Below are positions 55,226 through 64,000 of a stretch of DNA of 64,000 bases, in pieces. This DNA is from an uncultured Geobacteraceae bacterium (lineage in GTDB: Bacteria > Desulfobacterota > Desulfuromonadia > Geobacterales > Pseudopelobacteraceae), in contig CAINRC010000058.1 in assembly GCA_903852495.1 (NCBI GenBank), positions 37,635 through 101,634 of the forward strand, written 5' to 3'. Position 1 is the first letter of the stretch; each line of letters begins with the position of its first letter. Both the position numbers and the translations under genes were made by a program. The notes beneath the pieces were generated by a model that did not search any database, was not told the origin of the DNA, and saw only the letters and a program-made list of their open reading frames with translations.

Positions 55226-56332
55226 ATGAATAAAAATATCTATGATGTTCTGATAATAGGCGGAGGTCCGGCCGGTCTTTCTACCGCCTATCTTTGCAAC
55301 AAGCACGGCCTTTCCTATATTGTTCTTGAATCAGGAAAAGCCATTTTCCAGGGGATAGCCAACACCTATCCCGAAGGCAAACTGGTGTATGCATCAAAGC
55401 CCAAAGATGCGCCGGAACCGTTCATGGTTGACGAATTGCGCCCGCCGGACAAGCCGGTGACGGTGGAAAGTTATCTTCAGTACGTGCAGCATTTTGTCCA
55501 GCACGAAAATCTTCTGGTCCAGACTGAAGTGGATTTTGAGGATATCAAGGATGAGCGGGACGGGCATACGGTTGTCACTTCCAAGGGTAATTTCAAGGGC
55601 AAAAAAGTTGTCCTTTGTTTCGGCAGCAACATTCCGCGCGAACTTTCCGTGTACGGCGACGCCAAGATGGTTGCCAAAAATGTCGATGATGCCGGCAAAT
55701 ATGTCGGCATAAAAACACTGGTAATCGGCGGCGGCAATACCGCTGCTGACGTAATCATCAATATCCTGAAGGCCAAGCGTGAGGCCAACGACACCAATCC
55801 GGTCTACTGGGCGCATAAGGCGGAAACGTTTGACGTCAATAAGGAAACTGCGCAACGCCTGGGGGAAGAGATCCTGCTGGGTGGCAATATCAGACTGTTG
55901 CCGGGGGCCATGCCCCGTATCGGGGAGGTGGATGATCAGGGTGTGGATCGTCTGGTTATCCGTATCAATGAGTTCAAACAGGAAGACGGTATTGACTTGT
56001 ATCACGCCATGAGTTTCCCGATGCAAAATGTCATCGCCTGCATCGGCTCAGAAGGCCCGGTCCCCATATTCGACAAGCTAAACATCCAGAGTATCGCCTG
56101 TGCCTCCGGCGTATGCAAGATTGCCAAAGAGGGAGACCGTCTGATTCTGCTGTCTGCGGAATTTGAAAGTACACGGAAAGGGGTATACGTTATCGGCGGG
56201 GCGATTTCGCCGTCATACATGAAGATCAGCGGTGGATCCATTGCCGAGGAACGGCATCCCAACCTTATCTACACCGCTGTTAACGATGCATATCATGTTG
56301 TGGAAGCTATCCGGGCAAAACTCTCAACCTGA
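55226..56332 (+). CDS. FAD/NAD(P)-dependent oxidoreductase (pyridine nucleotide-disulfide oxidoreductase superfamily, YpdA-like)
   Basis: Start at MNKNIYDVLIIGGGPAGLS. Second dinucleotide fold VIGGGNTAADV. No CxxC redox pair noticed. Confidence 0.75.
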   Translation: MNKNIYDVLIIGGGPAGLSTAYLCNKHGLSYIVLESGKAIFQGIANTYPEGKLVYASKPKDAPEPFMVDELRPPDKPVTVESYLQYVQHFVQHENLLVQTEVDFEDIKDERDGHTVVTSKGNFKGKKVVLCFGSNIPRELSVYGDAKMVAKNVDDAGKYVGIKTLVIGGGNTAADVIINILKAKREANDTNPVYWAHKAETFDVNKETAQRLGEEILLGGNIRLLPGAMPRIGEVDDQGVDRLVIRINEFKQEDGIDLYHAMSFPMQNVIACIGSEGPVPIFDKLNIQSIACASGVCKIAKEGDRLILLSAEFESTRKGVYVIGGAISPSYMKISGGSIAEERHPNLIYTAVNDAYHVVEAIRAKLST

Positions 56333-56344
56333 TTACGGTATAAC

Positions 56345-56381
56345 CGGTGCTGATCTCGTATACATAGCACCGCTGTTTTTT
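56345..56381 (+). terminator. Rho-independent terminator candidate after the oxidoreductase gene
   Basis: CGGTGCT-N14-AGCACCG followed by CTGTTTTTT. Confidence 0.5.
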
Positions 56382-56481
56382 ATTCAGATACCCTTGATTT
56401 TCGTGTACCCTGCCACTAGATTGAGAAGCATGCTGTTAGTAATTCAGATCACCCGTCATTTTTTTCAAGGAGACGCAAAAA

Positions 56482-57432
56482 ATGAAGAGATACATTACTA
56501 AGGTTTTTATAGTGCTGGCCGCCGCGCTGTTTCTTTCTGCCACTGTCATGGAATTTGAAGCCCATGCCAGAGCTGGCAGTGGCAGCCGTTCCATGGGGAG
56601 TCGCGGTTCGCGGAGCAATTCGCGCCCTGCCAGTCCTTCTCCGCAGCCGGCACCTTCCCGGCCGCAGCAGGCTGCACCCTCCCCTGCATTCCAGCCTCCT
56701 GCTTCCGGCGGTTTTATGAGGAGTATGGCCGGTGGAATAGTCGGCGGGATGATCGGCGGCATGCTGTTCAGAAGTCTCGGTTTCAGCGGCATGGGCGGAG
56801 GCATGGGGGGCGGTGGCATTGGTCTTTTCGAAATTCTGCTTCTTGCCGGTATTGCGTACCTGATTTATCGCTACGTAAAAAACAGAAGAGCTGAAAGCAC
56901 CACAAACACTTTTGAACCGGAGCCCTACCGGGGAGGAACGGTTACCCCGATTTCCCAAGGGTACCAGAATGCTCTTCCGGAAGTGGTGGATGTCGAAACC
57001 GGTCTGGGGCATATCCGCCAGTTTGACCAGTACTTTGACGAGAACCGGTATACCGATCTGGTCATGGACAACTTCTTCAAAATTCAGGGTGCCTGGATGA
57101 ACCGCGACCTACAACCGGCGAACAACCTTCTCACTGATGAGATGCGTCGTGTTTTCCAGTCAGATATCGATACCCTGATCAGGGACAAAAAGATCAACCG
57201 GCTGGAAAACATCGCCGTGCGAAACGTTGAAATTGTTGAAGCGTGGCAGGAGTCAGGTCAGGATTACATCAATACCCTTATTTATGCGAATCTGCTTGAC
57301 TATACGACCGATGAAGCCGGTGCCGTGCTGTCCGGTAGCAAGAGCGACCCGGTCAAATTTGAAGAATATTGGACCTTTACCCGTCCTGTCGGTAATAATC
57401 CCTGGAAACTTACGGCGATTGACCAAAAATAG
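56482..57432 (+). CDS. Tim44-like domain membrane protein
   Basis: 316 aa. Signal peptide, Ser/Arg/Pro-rich region, Gly-zipper GGIVGGMIGGM...GMGGGMGGGG, and one TM segment. The C-terminal Tim44-like domain is FFKIQGAWMNRDL...WTFTRPVGNNPWKLTAI. Confidence 0.75.
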   Translation: MKRYITKVFIVLAAALFLSATVMEFEAHARAGSGSRSMGSRGSRSNSRPASPSPQPAPSRPQQAAPSPAFQPPASGGFMRSMAGGIVGGMIGGMLFRSLGFSGMGGGMGGGGIGLFEILLLAGIAYLIYRYVKNRRAESTTNTFEPEPYRGGTVTPISQGYQNALPEVVDVETGLGHIRQFDQYFDENRYTDLVMDNFFKIQGAWMNRDLQPANNLLTDEMRRVFQSDIDTLIRDKKINRLENIAVRNVEIVEAWQESGQDYINTLIYANLLDYTTDEAGAVLSGSKSDPVKFEEYWTFTRPVGNNPWKLTAIDQK

Positions 57433-57444
57433 ATCGCTTCCTTC

Positions 57445-57477
57445 TTCCCCCGTTTCGGCCTGACCGGAACGGGGGAA
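57445..57477 (+). terminator. Stem-loop after the Tim44-like gene (no T tract)
   Basis: TTCCCCCGTT-tCGG-cctga-CCG-g-AACGGGGGAA. Confidence 0.35.
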
Positions 57478-57512
57478 TCCTTCCTCTGTGCCCATACCGC
57501 CATGAAAACATC

Positions 57513-60500
57513 ATGAAACCGCTCGACCTTGCATCTATCAATATTTCCGGTCTTAATCTGATCGAAGCAAGCGCCGGTACCGGCAAGACGTGGGCAATCG
57601 CCTCGCTCTACATCCTGCAGCTCCTGGAGAAAGAACTCCGCCCGGAGCAGATTCTCGTGGTGACCTACACAAAGGCTGCCACAGCTGAACTGCGAGAGCG
57701 GATCAGACGCAGGATCGCCACCACGCTTGACCTGTATTCCAGCGGCCGGCCGGCCGGTGATGATGCCCTTGAACAGATCCTGATGACGCACCGTCCCCAG
57801 AACGCCGCCCGTGCGAAACTACTGCTGACGAGGGCGCTGTATTCTTTTGACGAAGCCGCCATCTTTACTATTCATGGATTCTGCCAACGGGCGCTTCTGG
57901 AAAATACCTTTGAAAGCGGCTCCCTGTTCAATAGTGAAATGATCACCGACCAAAGTGCAATCGTTCACCAGGTCTGCAATGACTTCTGGCGTTCACAGGT
58001 ACTGTCCCGGTCAAATGATTTTGTTGAACGCCTCGCGGCGGAGGGGTATACCCCGGAAAAACTGGCCAAACCGTTTGAGGGGCACTTCCAGAATCCAGAT
58101 CTGATCATTCTGCCGAAGCCTGATCCGGTGCCGCTTGAACCGCTTGCCGTGGAGCGTGACAGAAGGTACCTCTCTGCCGGTACGCTCTGGAACAGTGAGC
58201 GAACGTCCATCGTCAAACAGCTGGAAGAAGCCCGCCTGAACCAGCAGAGTTACAAACCGGCACAGATTGAGGCAGCAGCCAGCTCTTTTGACGCCTGGAC
58301 CGCCGGTGGCAATGCCGCGCTGCCGAACAGCAGACTTGAGTTTTTCTCTGCCCGGAAGATCGCAACAAAAACAACCAAAGCAACAACTCGTACTCCGAAT
58401 CACCCCTTCTTTTCCGTGTGCCAGGAACTGCACGATATCCTGACTGAAATCGAGCACGCCTTTCAAGCTGATGTAATTTCCTGCCGGCATGACTTCAAAA
58501 AATGGATGGAACGGGAATTAAGCCTGCGCAAAAAACAGTTGAACCAGCGCGCGTTTGACGACCTCCTTCTTGATCTGTACCGTGCCCTTGAAGCGGATTC
58601 CGGGAAAGCCCTTGCCGACAAACTGCGACAGCGCTACCACGCCGCCTTGATTGATGAATTTCAGGATACGGATCCTCTCCAGTGGCACATTTTCCGCCAT
58701 TTAGGGGCGGCCGAAGGGTATCCCCTGTTCCTGATCGGCGATCCCAAACAGGCGATCTACAGTTTTCGCGGGGCAGATGTCTACGCCTACCTGAATGCCG
58801 CCCGGAGCGTTCCACCTGGCAATACACATACTCTCGATACCAACTACCGTTCGGATTCCGCATTGGTGCACGCCGTTTCCTCCCTGTTTTCCGCCAACCC
58901 TGATCCATTTATGCACCGGCAGATCCCGTTTCACCCGGTCGGTTCCGGCCGTTCCGGTAATGACCGGCTGCTGATTGATGGAATTCCCGATATCCGGCCG
59001 CTGAACCTCTGGATCTACCCCCGCAGCGATGAATCAAAAAGCGTCGTAAAACCGGTCGCCATCCGCAGTATCGTCCGGGCGGTTGCCGAGGAAATTGCCC
59101 GTCTGCTCACACCGGAGGGTACAACTCTGGTTACTGCCAAACTGACACGCCCCCTGAAACCGGGGGATATCGCGGTGCTGGTAAAATCGCACAAGCAGGC
59201 GAACCGGGTTCAGGAAGCACTTCAGGTGCTCGGCATCCCGTCGGTGCAGCAGGGAAGCAGTACCATCTTTGAAACGGACGAAGCTCTTGATCTGCTCCGG
59301 ATTCTGCGGGCAGCTGCAGAACCGCACCGTGAGGCGCTGGTTCGTGAGGCCCTGCTGACCGCCAGTTTCGGTATGAGTGCGGATGAAATTTATCGGTATG
59401 TTGAAAGTTCCGGCGAACACCCCGAATGGGAAACCTGGCTGCTCCGTTTCAGAAATCTGCATGCAACCGCTGTTTCCGGTGGAATTGTGCCGCTTGTATC
59501 ACAACTGCTGGGACAGTGCGGGATGCGTAATCGCATCTTGACGCGCATGGGCGGAGAACGCTGCATGACCAACATTCTGCACTGCTGCGAATTGCTGCAT
59601 CAGGTTGAGCAGGATCAGGGCAGGAATCTCGCCGGTCTGATCGTCTGGCTGGAGCGGAACATCGCTGCGCCGGACAGGAACGATGCAGCACTGCTCCGGC
59701 TTGAAACAGACGAAAACGCGGTACTGATTTCAACCATTCATGCCAGCAAAGGGCTGCAGTACCCGGTGGTATTCGTACCGTTCGCCTGGGATGTGCCAAC
59801 GGGGAAAGCAGACCGGACACTGTTCCATACGGATGATGGTGATCTGGTGCTGGATCTAGCCGGTGATGAGGAGAACCGGCATCGAGCCGAAATTGAACGT
59901 AAGGCCGAGGCCGCCCGTCTGCTGTACGTCGCCATGACCCGGGCGGAGTTCCGCTGCTACACGGTTTGGGGAGGTATCAACGGTGCTGCTGAGTCGCCGC
60001 TTTACCGACTGCTGCACGGAACCCCTAACGGCACCAGCTTTTCAGCACTGAGCGACCATGCCATTCGTGATGCGGTACGGCTGCTGTTCCATGATGGCAG
60101 CAGCGGAATTTCCGTTGATATGATGCCGTTGGCAGTACCCTTCCCCCGGTATCAGACCTGTGTCCCGGCCGATACGCCCTACTCCCCCAAAACACTGAAG
60201 CATACGCCACGGGATGACTGGCATGTTACCAGCTTCAGCGGCATGACTTCCGGCACAGCACATATCTTTGAACCACAGGACCGGGACAGTACGGCTGCAG
60301 TTTCACCGGTTCCGGAGCAATCTTCCGATGGGTTGACAATTTTCCATTTTCCACGGGGGGCTAAAGCCGGGAGCTGCTTACATGATATTTTCGAGCTTCT
60401 TGATTTTTCCACGGTCAGCGCCGAGGCCATCCGTGCTGCTGCCACTGTTGCACTGTCCGGCAACGGATTTCATGAACAATGGCTCCCCTGCATCGGGAAC

Positions 60501-61070
60501 ATGGTGACTGATGTCGTCTCTGCGCAGATTATTCCGGATGCTCCGGACTTTAATCTGTCCCGGTTGAAAAAGGGGGAGTGGCAGAGTGAAATGGAATTTT
60601 ATCTCCCGGTAAGGCAGCTGGCACCGGACATTCTGCATTCATTATTTGATGGTATGCTTGATGACGATCACTACGCGGAGTTCTACGAGGTGCTGAACCG
60701 CCTGGCGTTCCGCCAGAGCCGTGGCATGCTGCAGGGCTTTATTGATCTGGTGTTCAGCCACAACGGCCGATTCTATATCCTTGACTGGAAATCCAACCAT
60801 CTCGGTATGACCGAGTCCGACTACAACCGGGAGATGATGCATGAATCCATGTGCCGCAGTTCCTATATCCTGCAGTATCACCTGTACACTCTGGCACTGG
60901 ATCGATTGTTGAAATTGCGGTTACCCGGCTACAGGTATGAAGATCATTTCGGTGGGGTTTTGTACGTGTATCTGCGCGGCATTTCTGCCGGCTCTTCGCA
61001 GGAGGGGATCTACTTTGACCGGCCGCATCCGGAATTCATCCGACGGGCCGGTAAACTGATGCTGGAATAG
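57513..61070 (+). CDS. recB: Exodeoxyribonuclease V beta subunit (RecB helicase-nuclease)
   Basis: 1185 aa. UvrD-type helicase motifs (LIEASAGTGKT, VVTYTKAATAELR, LIDEFQDTD, YRS). C-terminal PD-(D/E)xK RecB nuclease (GFIDLVF...YILDWKSN...QYHLY). Confidence 0.92.
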   Translation: MKPLDLASINISGLNLIEASAGTGKTWAIASLYILQLLEKELRPEQILVVTYTKAATAELRERIRRRIATTLDLYSSGRPAGDDALEQILMTHRPQNAARAKLLLTRALYSFDEAAIFTIHGFCQRALLENTFESGSLFNSEMITDQSAIVHQVCNDFWRSQVLSRSNDFVERLAAEGYTPEKLAKPFEGHFQNPDLIILPKPDPVPLEPLAVERDRRYLSAGTLWNSERTSIVKQLEEARLNQQSYKPAQIEAAASSFDAWTAGGNAALPNSRLEFFSARKIATKTTKATTRTPNHPFFSVCQELHDILTEIEHAFQADVISCRHDFKKWMERELSLRKKQLNQRAFDDLLLDLYRALEADSGKALADKLRQRYHAALIDEFQDTDPLQWHIFRHLGAAEGYPLFLIGDPKQAIYSFRGADVYAYLNAARSVPPGNTHTLDTNYRSDSALVHAVSSLFSANPDPFMHRQIPFHPVGSGRSGNDRLLIDGIPDIRPLNLWIYPRSDESKSVVKPVAIRSIVRAVAEEIARLLTPEGTTLVTAKLTRPLKPGDIAVLVKSHKQANRVQEALQVLGIPSVQQGSSTIFETDEALDLLRILRAAAEPHREALVREALLTASFGMSADEIYRYVESSGEHPEWETWLLRFRNLHATAVSGGIVPLVSQLLGQCGMRNRILTRMGGERCMTNILHCCELLHQVEQDQGRNLAGLIVWLERNIAAPDRNDAALLRLETDENAVLISTIHASKGLQYPVVFVPFAWDVPTGKADRTLFHTDDGDLVLDLAGDEENRHRAEIERKAEAARLLYVAMTRAEFRCYTVWGGINGAAESPLYRLLHGTPNGTSFSALSDHAIRDAVRLLFHDGSSGISVDMMPLAVPFPRYQTCVPADTPYSPKTLKHTPRDDWHVTSFSGMTSGTAHIFEPQDRDSTAAVSPVPEQSSDGLTIFHFPRGAKAGSCLHDIFELLDFSTVSAEAIRAAATVALSGNGFHEQWLPCIGNMVTDVVSAQIIPDAPDFNLSRLKKGEWQSEMEFYLPVRQLAPDILHSLFDGMLDDDHYAEFYEVLNRLAFRQSRGMLQGFIDLVFSHNGRFYILDWKSNHLGMTESDYNREMMHESMCRSSYILQYHLYTLALDRLLKLRLPGYRYEDHFGGVLYVYLRGISAGSSQEGIYFDRPHPEFIRRAGKLMLE

Positions 61071-61112
61071 TACCCTTTTCTGATCAACCCGCCGCCCATG
61101 CTGACGGACCGG

Positions 61113-61307
61113 TTATTTTTTCATGACGCCGTTAAGGGAAGCCAGCAGCTCTCCAATATCAACCTTGTGTACACCGGCGCCATGGCTCAGCGTTTCAATG
61201 TCCGCTATCTGACATTCATAACAGTCAAGGTGATACTGCCTGAAAACAGGGAGGGTTTCCGGGTGCTGTGCGATGATGTCGGCAATTATCATTTCCTGGG
61301 TAATCAT
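61113..61307 (-). CDS. DUF1858-domain protein (hybrid-cluster-protein-associated redox disulfide-type domain)
   Basis: 64 aa. ITQEMIIADIIAQHPETLPVFRQYHLDCYECQIADIETL matches the DUF1858 pattern including CxxC. Confidence 0.75.
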   Translation of the reverse strand: MITQEMIIADIIAQHPETLPVFRQYHLDCYECQIADIETLSHGAGVHKVDIGELLASLNGVMKK

Positions 61308-61348
61308 GGTGCACCTCTCAGTGAAGGTTTTTCGTGATTCTGTTGTCG

Positions 61349-61840
61349 TTATTTTGCCACCAGTCCATATTTCTGCCGTAGTGCTGTTTTCACTTCCAGC
61401 GGCACAAACTTGTCGATATCTCCGCTAAGGGAGCAGACCTCCTTAACAATGGACGAAGACAGGTAGCCGTACTGCAGGGACGTCATCATAAACAGCGTCT
61501 CGATCTCTTGACCAATGCAGCTGTTCATCTGGGCGATCTGAAATTCGTACTCAAAATCGGAGATTGCCCGAAGGCCGCGAATGATGACGTGGGCTCCACG
61601 AGAGGCAACGTAATCAATCAGCAGCCCCCCAAACGTATCCACAGTGACCCGTTCCTCCCCTTTGAGAACATCCTGAATCAGCCCGACCCGCTCATCAGTC
61701 GTAAACAGCGCATTTTTCTGAGAGTTTTTGGCCACAGCGACGATGATTTCGTCAAAAATAGCCAGACCGCGCCTGATTATATCAAGGTGACCATATGTAA
61801 TCGGATCGAACGATCCGGGATATACGGCAATTTTTTTCAT
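61349..61840 (-). CDS. coaD: Phosphopantetheine adenylyltransferase
   Basis: 163 aa. AVYPGSFDPITYGHLDII, canonical CoaD. Confidence 0.95.
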   Translation of the reverse strand: MKKIAVYPGSFDPITYGHLDIIRRGLAIFDEIIVAVAKNSQKNALFTTDERVGLIQDVLKGEERVTVDTFGGLLIDYVASRGAHVIIRGLRAISDFEYEFQIAQMNSCIGQEIETLFMMTSLQYGYLSSSIVKEVCSLSGDIDKFVPLEVKTALRQKYGLVAK

Positions 61841-62400
61841 TATCCCCCCTGGGTAAATAATTCAATAGCTGTCTCACCATACACACGCCGATCAATACAG
61901 TGTAGCGTACCACACGTTTCTGGCAACCGGATGCGTGCGGAACACTCCGCCACCAGTATAGATTCTGGTGCCAGTAAAGCTGTTGAATCTACCGTTTCAA
62001 ATATACGCTGATACAATCCCGATTCATAGGGGGGATCGAAAAAAACAAGATTAAACCGCCGATTCCGCCCCGCCAGTAGTTGCAGCCCCTTTACCGCGTC
62101 CATCAGAATAACTTCAGACCGGTCTTGGCAGCGTGTCACCAGGAGATTTTTTTCCAGTATCACCTTGACGGACGGATTGTTTTCAATAAAGCAGCAGGAT
62201 CGGGCGCCTCGACTGAGCGCCTCAATACCCAGGCTCCCGGTGCCGGCACAGATATCAAGCACCTGAAGGTCCGTAAAATCAAGGCGACTTTCCAGAATAT
62301 TGAAAAGAGCTTCTTTAACGCGATCCGATGTCGGCCTGGTAGTCACGCCAACCGGCGCGGTTAACTTTCTGCCACGACAGGTTCCTGAAATGACACGCAT
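61840..62400 (-). CDS. rsmD: 16S rRNA (guanine966-N2)-methyltransferase
   Basis: 186 aa. RPTSDRVKEALFNIL, LDICAGTGSLGIEALSRGA, FFDPPY. Precedes coaD as in many bacteria. Confidence 0.9.
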   Translation of the reverse strand: MRVISGTCRGRKLTAPVGVTTRPTSDRVKEALFNILESRLDFTDLQVLDICAGTGSLGIEALSRGARSCCFIENNPSVKVILEKNLLVTRCQDRSEVILMDAVKGLQLLAGRNRRFNLVFFDPPYESGLYQRIFETVDSTALLAPESILVAECSARIRLPETCGTLHCIDRRVYGETAIELFTQGG

Positions 62401-62639
62401 ACAAACGGAGTCCTCAAACGCTTTTTCGGGAAATTAGCGCGTTTATCATTATTGATCAAGTTGGGGGAGTTTACCGTACTTTTGCATCAGAATCAAAGAA
62501 TCTCAAGCAGCCGCTTGATAATTTTCCGGTCGTAGGCGTACGGATATCTGCAGCAGAGCAACCTTCCACGCTTGACTTTCGTCACGGCAGTGCTTAACTC
62601 AAAGGTAGGAACTATTTTAATCATTCCGGGAGCGCTATC

Positions 62640-64000
62640 ATGGACTTCAATAAACTTACGCAAAAATCACAGGAAGCGGTTACCGAAGCACAGAACAAGG
62701 CCGTTTCGTACGGTCACGTCGAAGTGGACTGCGAACATCTTCTCTGGGCGCTGTTGAATCAGCCGGATGGCTTGGTGCCCCGTCTGCTGCAGCGTATGGA
62801 TGTACATCCGGATGCCGTAATAAAGCAGGTGGAGTCAGAACTGGATCGTAAAACCAGGGTCTCCGGTCCCGGCGCAGAGGTGGGTAAGGTGTACCTTTCC
62901 CAGCGGCTTTCGCGCATTCTGGTGGCTGCCGAGAATGAAGCCAAACGGCTTAAGGATGAATATGTTTCGGTGGAACACCTGTTCATGGCATTGCTGGCTG
63001 AGGGAGACAAGGCCCCGTCCGGGCGGATTCTCAAGCAGGCCGGTGTCAGCCACGAGCGGTTTTTAAAAACTTTAACCGATGTACGGGGCAGTCAGCGGGT
63101 ACAAAGCGCTAATCCTGAAGCGACCTACGAGGCGCTGGAGAAATACGGCCGCGATCTGGTGAAAATGGCGCGCAATGACAAGCTTGATCCGGTCATCGGG
63201 CGGGATGAAGAGGTGCGCCGGGTGATCCGCGTACTGTCCCGCAAAACCAAAAACAATCCGGTACTGATCGGTGAGCCGGGTGTCGGTAAAACTGCAATTG
63301 TTGAAGGGTTGGCCCAGCGCATTGTGCGGGGGGACGTACCGGAAGGGCTAAAGGATAAGACCGTTTTTGCTCTGGATATGGGCGCCCTGGTGGCCGGTGC
63401 CAAATACCGCGGCGAATTTGAGGAACGCCTGAAAGCGGTACTGAACGAGATCAAGGAGGCCGAAGGTCGGATTATCCTTTTTATCGATGAACTGCACACC
63501 ATCGTCGGGGCCGGTAAAGCCGAGGGCTCCATGGATGCGGGCAATATGCTGAAACCGATGCTTGCCCGTGGTGAATTGCACTGTATCGGTGCCACCACCC
63601 TTGATGAATACCGCCTGCACATCGAAAAGGATGCCGCGCTTGAGCGCCGTTTTCAGCCGGTACTTGTGGAGCAGCCGACGGTGGAAGATACGGTTTCGAT
63701 CCTTCGAGGGCTGCGGGAGCGTTTTGAAATTCATCACGGCGTCAGAATCCAGGATAATGCCCTGGTAGCTGCAGCGACGCTTTCAAATCGCTATATTACC
63801 GAGCGGTTTCTCCCGGACAAAGCTATTGACCTGGTTGATGAAGCGTGTGCCATGCTCAGAACTGAAATCGATTCGCTGCCATCGGAACTTGATACGATTT
63901 CACGCCGGGTGATGCAGTTGGAGATTGAAGAGGTCGCCCTGAAGAAAGAGAAGGACAAAGCGAGCATTGAAAGGCTGGAAGCACTGCGTAAGGATCTGGC
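62640..64000 (+). CDS. clpB: ATP-dependent chaperone ClpB (N-terminal part; continues beyond the window)
   Basis: Not in the ORF track because it is truncated. My translation from ATG 62640 is [44 protein letters not shown]...[47 protein letters not shown]...[14 protein letters not shown], open to position 64000. Confidence 0.93.
   Translation, partial: MDFNKLTQKSQEAVTEAQNKAVSYGHVEVDCEHLLWALLNQPDGLVPRLLQRMDVHPDAVIKQVESELDRKTRVSGPGAEVGKVYLSQRLSRILVAAENEAKRLKDEYVSVEHLFMALLAEGDKAPSGRILKQAGVSHERFLKTLTDVRGSQRVQSANPEATYEALEKYGRDLVKMARNDKLDPVIGRDEEVRRVIRVLSRKTKNNPVLIGEPGVGKTAIVEGLAQRIVRGDVPEGLKDKTVFALDMGALVAGAKYRGEFEERLKAVLNEIKEAEGRIILFIDELHTIVGAGKAEGSMDAGNMLKPMLARGELHCIGATTLDEYRLHIEKDAALERRFQPVLVEQPTVEDTVSILRGLRERFEIHHGVRIQDNALVAAATLSNRYITERFLPDKAIDLVDEACAMLRTEIDSLPSELDTISRRVMQLEIEEVALKKEKDKASIERLEALRKDL

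Noticed and set aside
62401-62639. Sigma-32 heat-shock promoter or CIRCE element upstream of clpB
   Set aside because: CTTGACT/CTTGATA -35-like hexamers are present, but there is no CCCCAT-type -10 at the proper spacing and no CIRCE inverted repeat. It cannot be supported.
1-64000. Search for CRISPR arrays, tRNA/rRNA genes, IS elements, integrases, prophage or classic defence islands
   Set aside because: No regularly spaced repeats, no cloverleaf-sized conserved gaps, and no transposase- or integrase-like ORFs in the six-frame track. Every intergenic gap is 366 bp or shorter.

Overview
Gene-dense chromosomal window. I call 63 protein-coding genes, two of which run off the window edges. I saw no rRNA, tRNA, CRISPR array, transposase or integrase. 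Most of the content is conserved housekeeping in long co-directional runs:
- Translation: infA, efp with its beta-lysylation enzymes epmA/epmB, rpsT, leuS, glnS, era, der, miaB, rsmD.
- Purine and cofactor synthesis: purMN, nadB, coaD.
- Envelope: pgsA, lptE, an SLT transglycosylase, hpnH, and an arnT-B-C-A-D lipid A aminoarabinose cluster with a split arnA.
- Polyamine synthesis: aguAB.
- An 11-gene aromatic/branched-chain amino-acid module: iorAB, a beta-carbonic anhydrase, phenylacetate-CoA ligase, an ACT protein, two tandem binding proteins, livHMGF.
- A seven-gene chemotaxis operon, recB and clpB.
The repertoire (many sigma-54/PATAN/che components, IOR + PaaK, hpnH) suggests an anaerobic deltaproteobacterium of the Desulfuromonadales/Geobacter type, but this is inference only. 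The only clearly accessory piece is a small AT-rich BrnT/BrnA toxin-antitoxin islet.
I did not find a convincing large novel system. The best leads are:
(1) an ExeA-type AAA ATPase plus an N-extended CheW-like protein occupying the ParC/ParP-like slot of the che operon;
(2) a PATAN/DUF4388 protein with an MshEN-like helical repeat next to a domain-less PilT ATPase and an orphan sigma-54 regulator;
(3) free-standing chorismate mutase and DAH7P-synthase regulatory-domain mini-genes;
(4) a beta-carbonic anhydrase embedded in the IOR/PaaK operon;
(5) a ~92-nt conserved 3'-UTR/terminator cassette present twice.
All functional calls rest on motif and family recognition by eye from the supplied translations; no database search was run.
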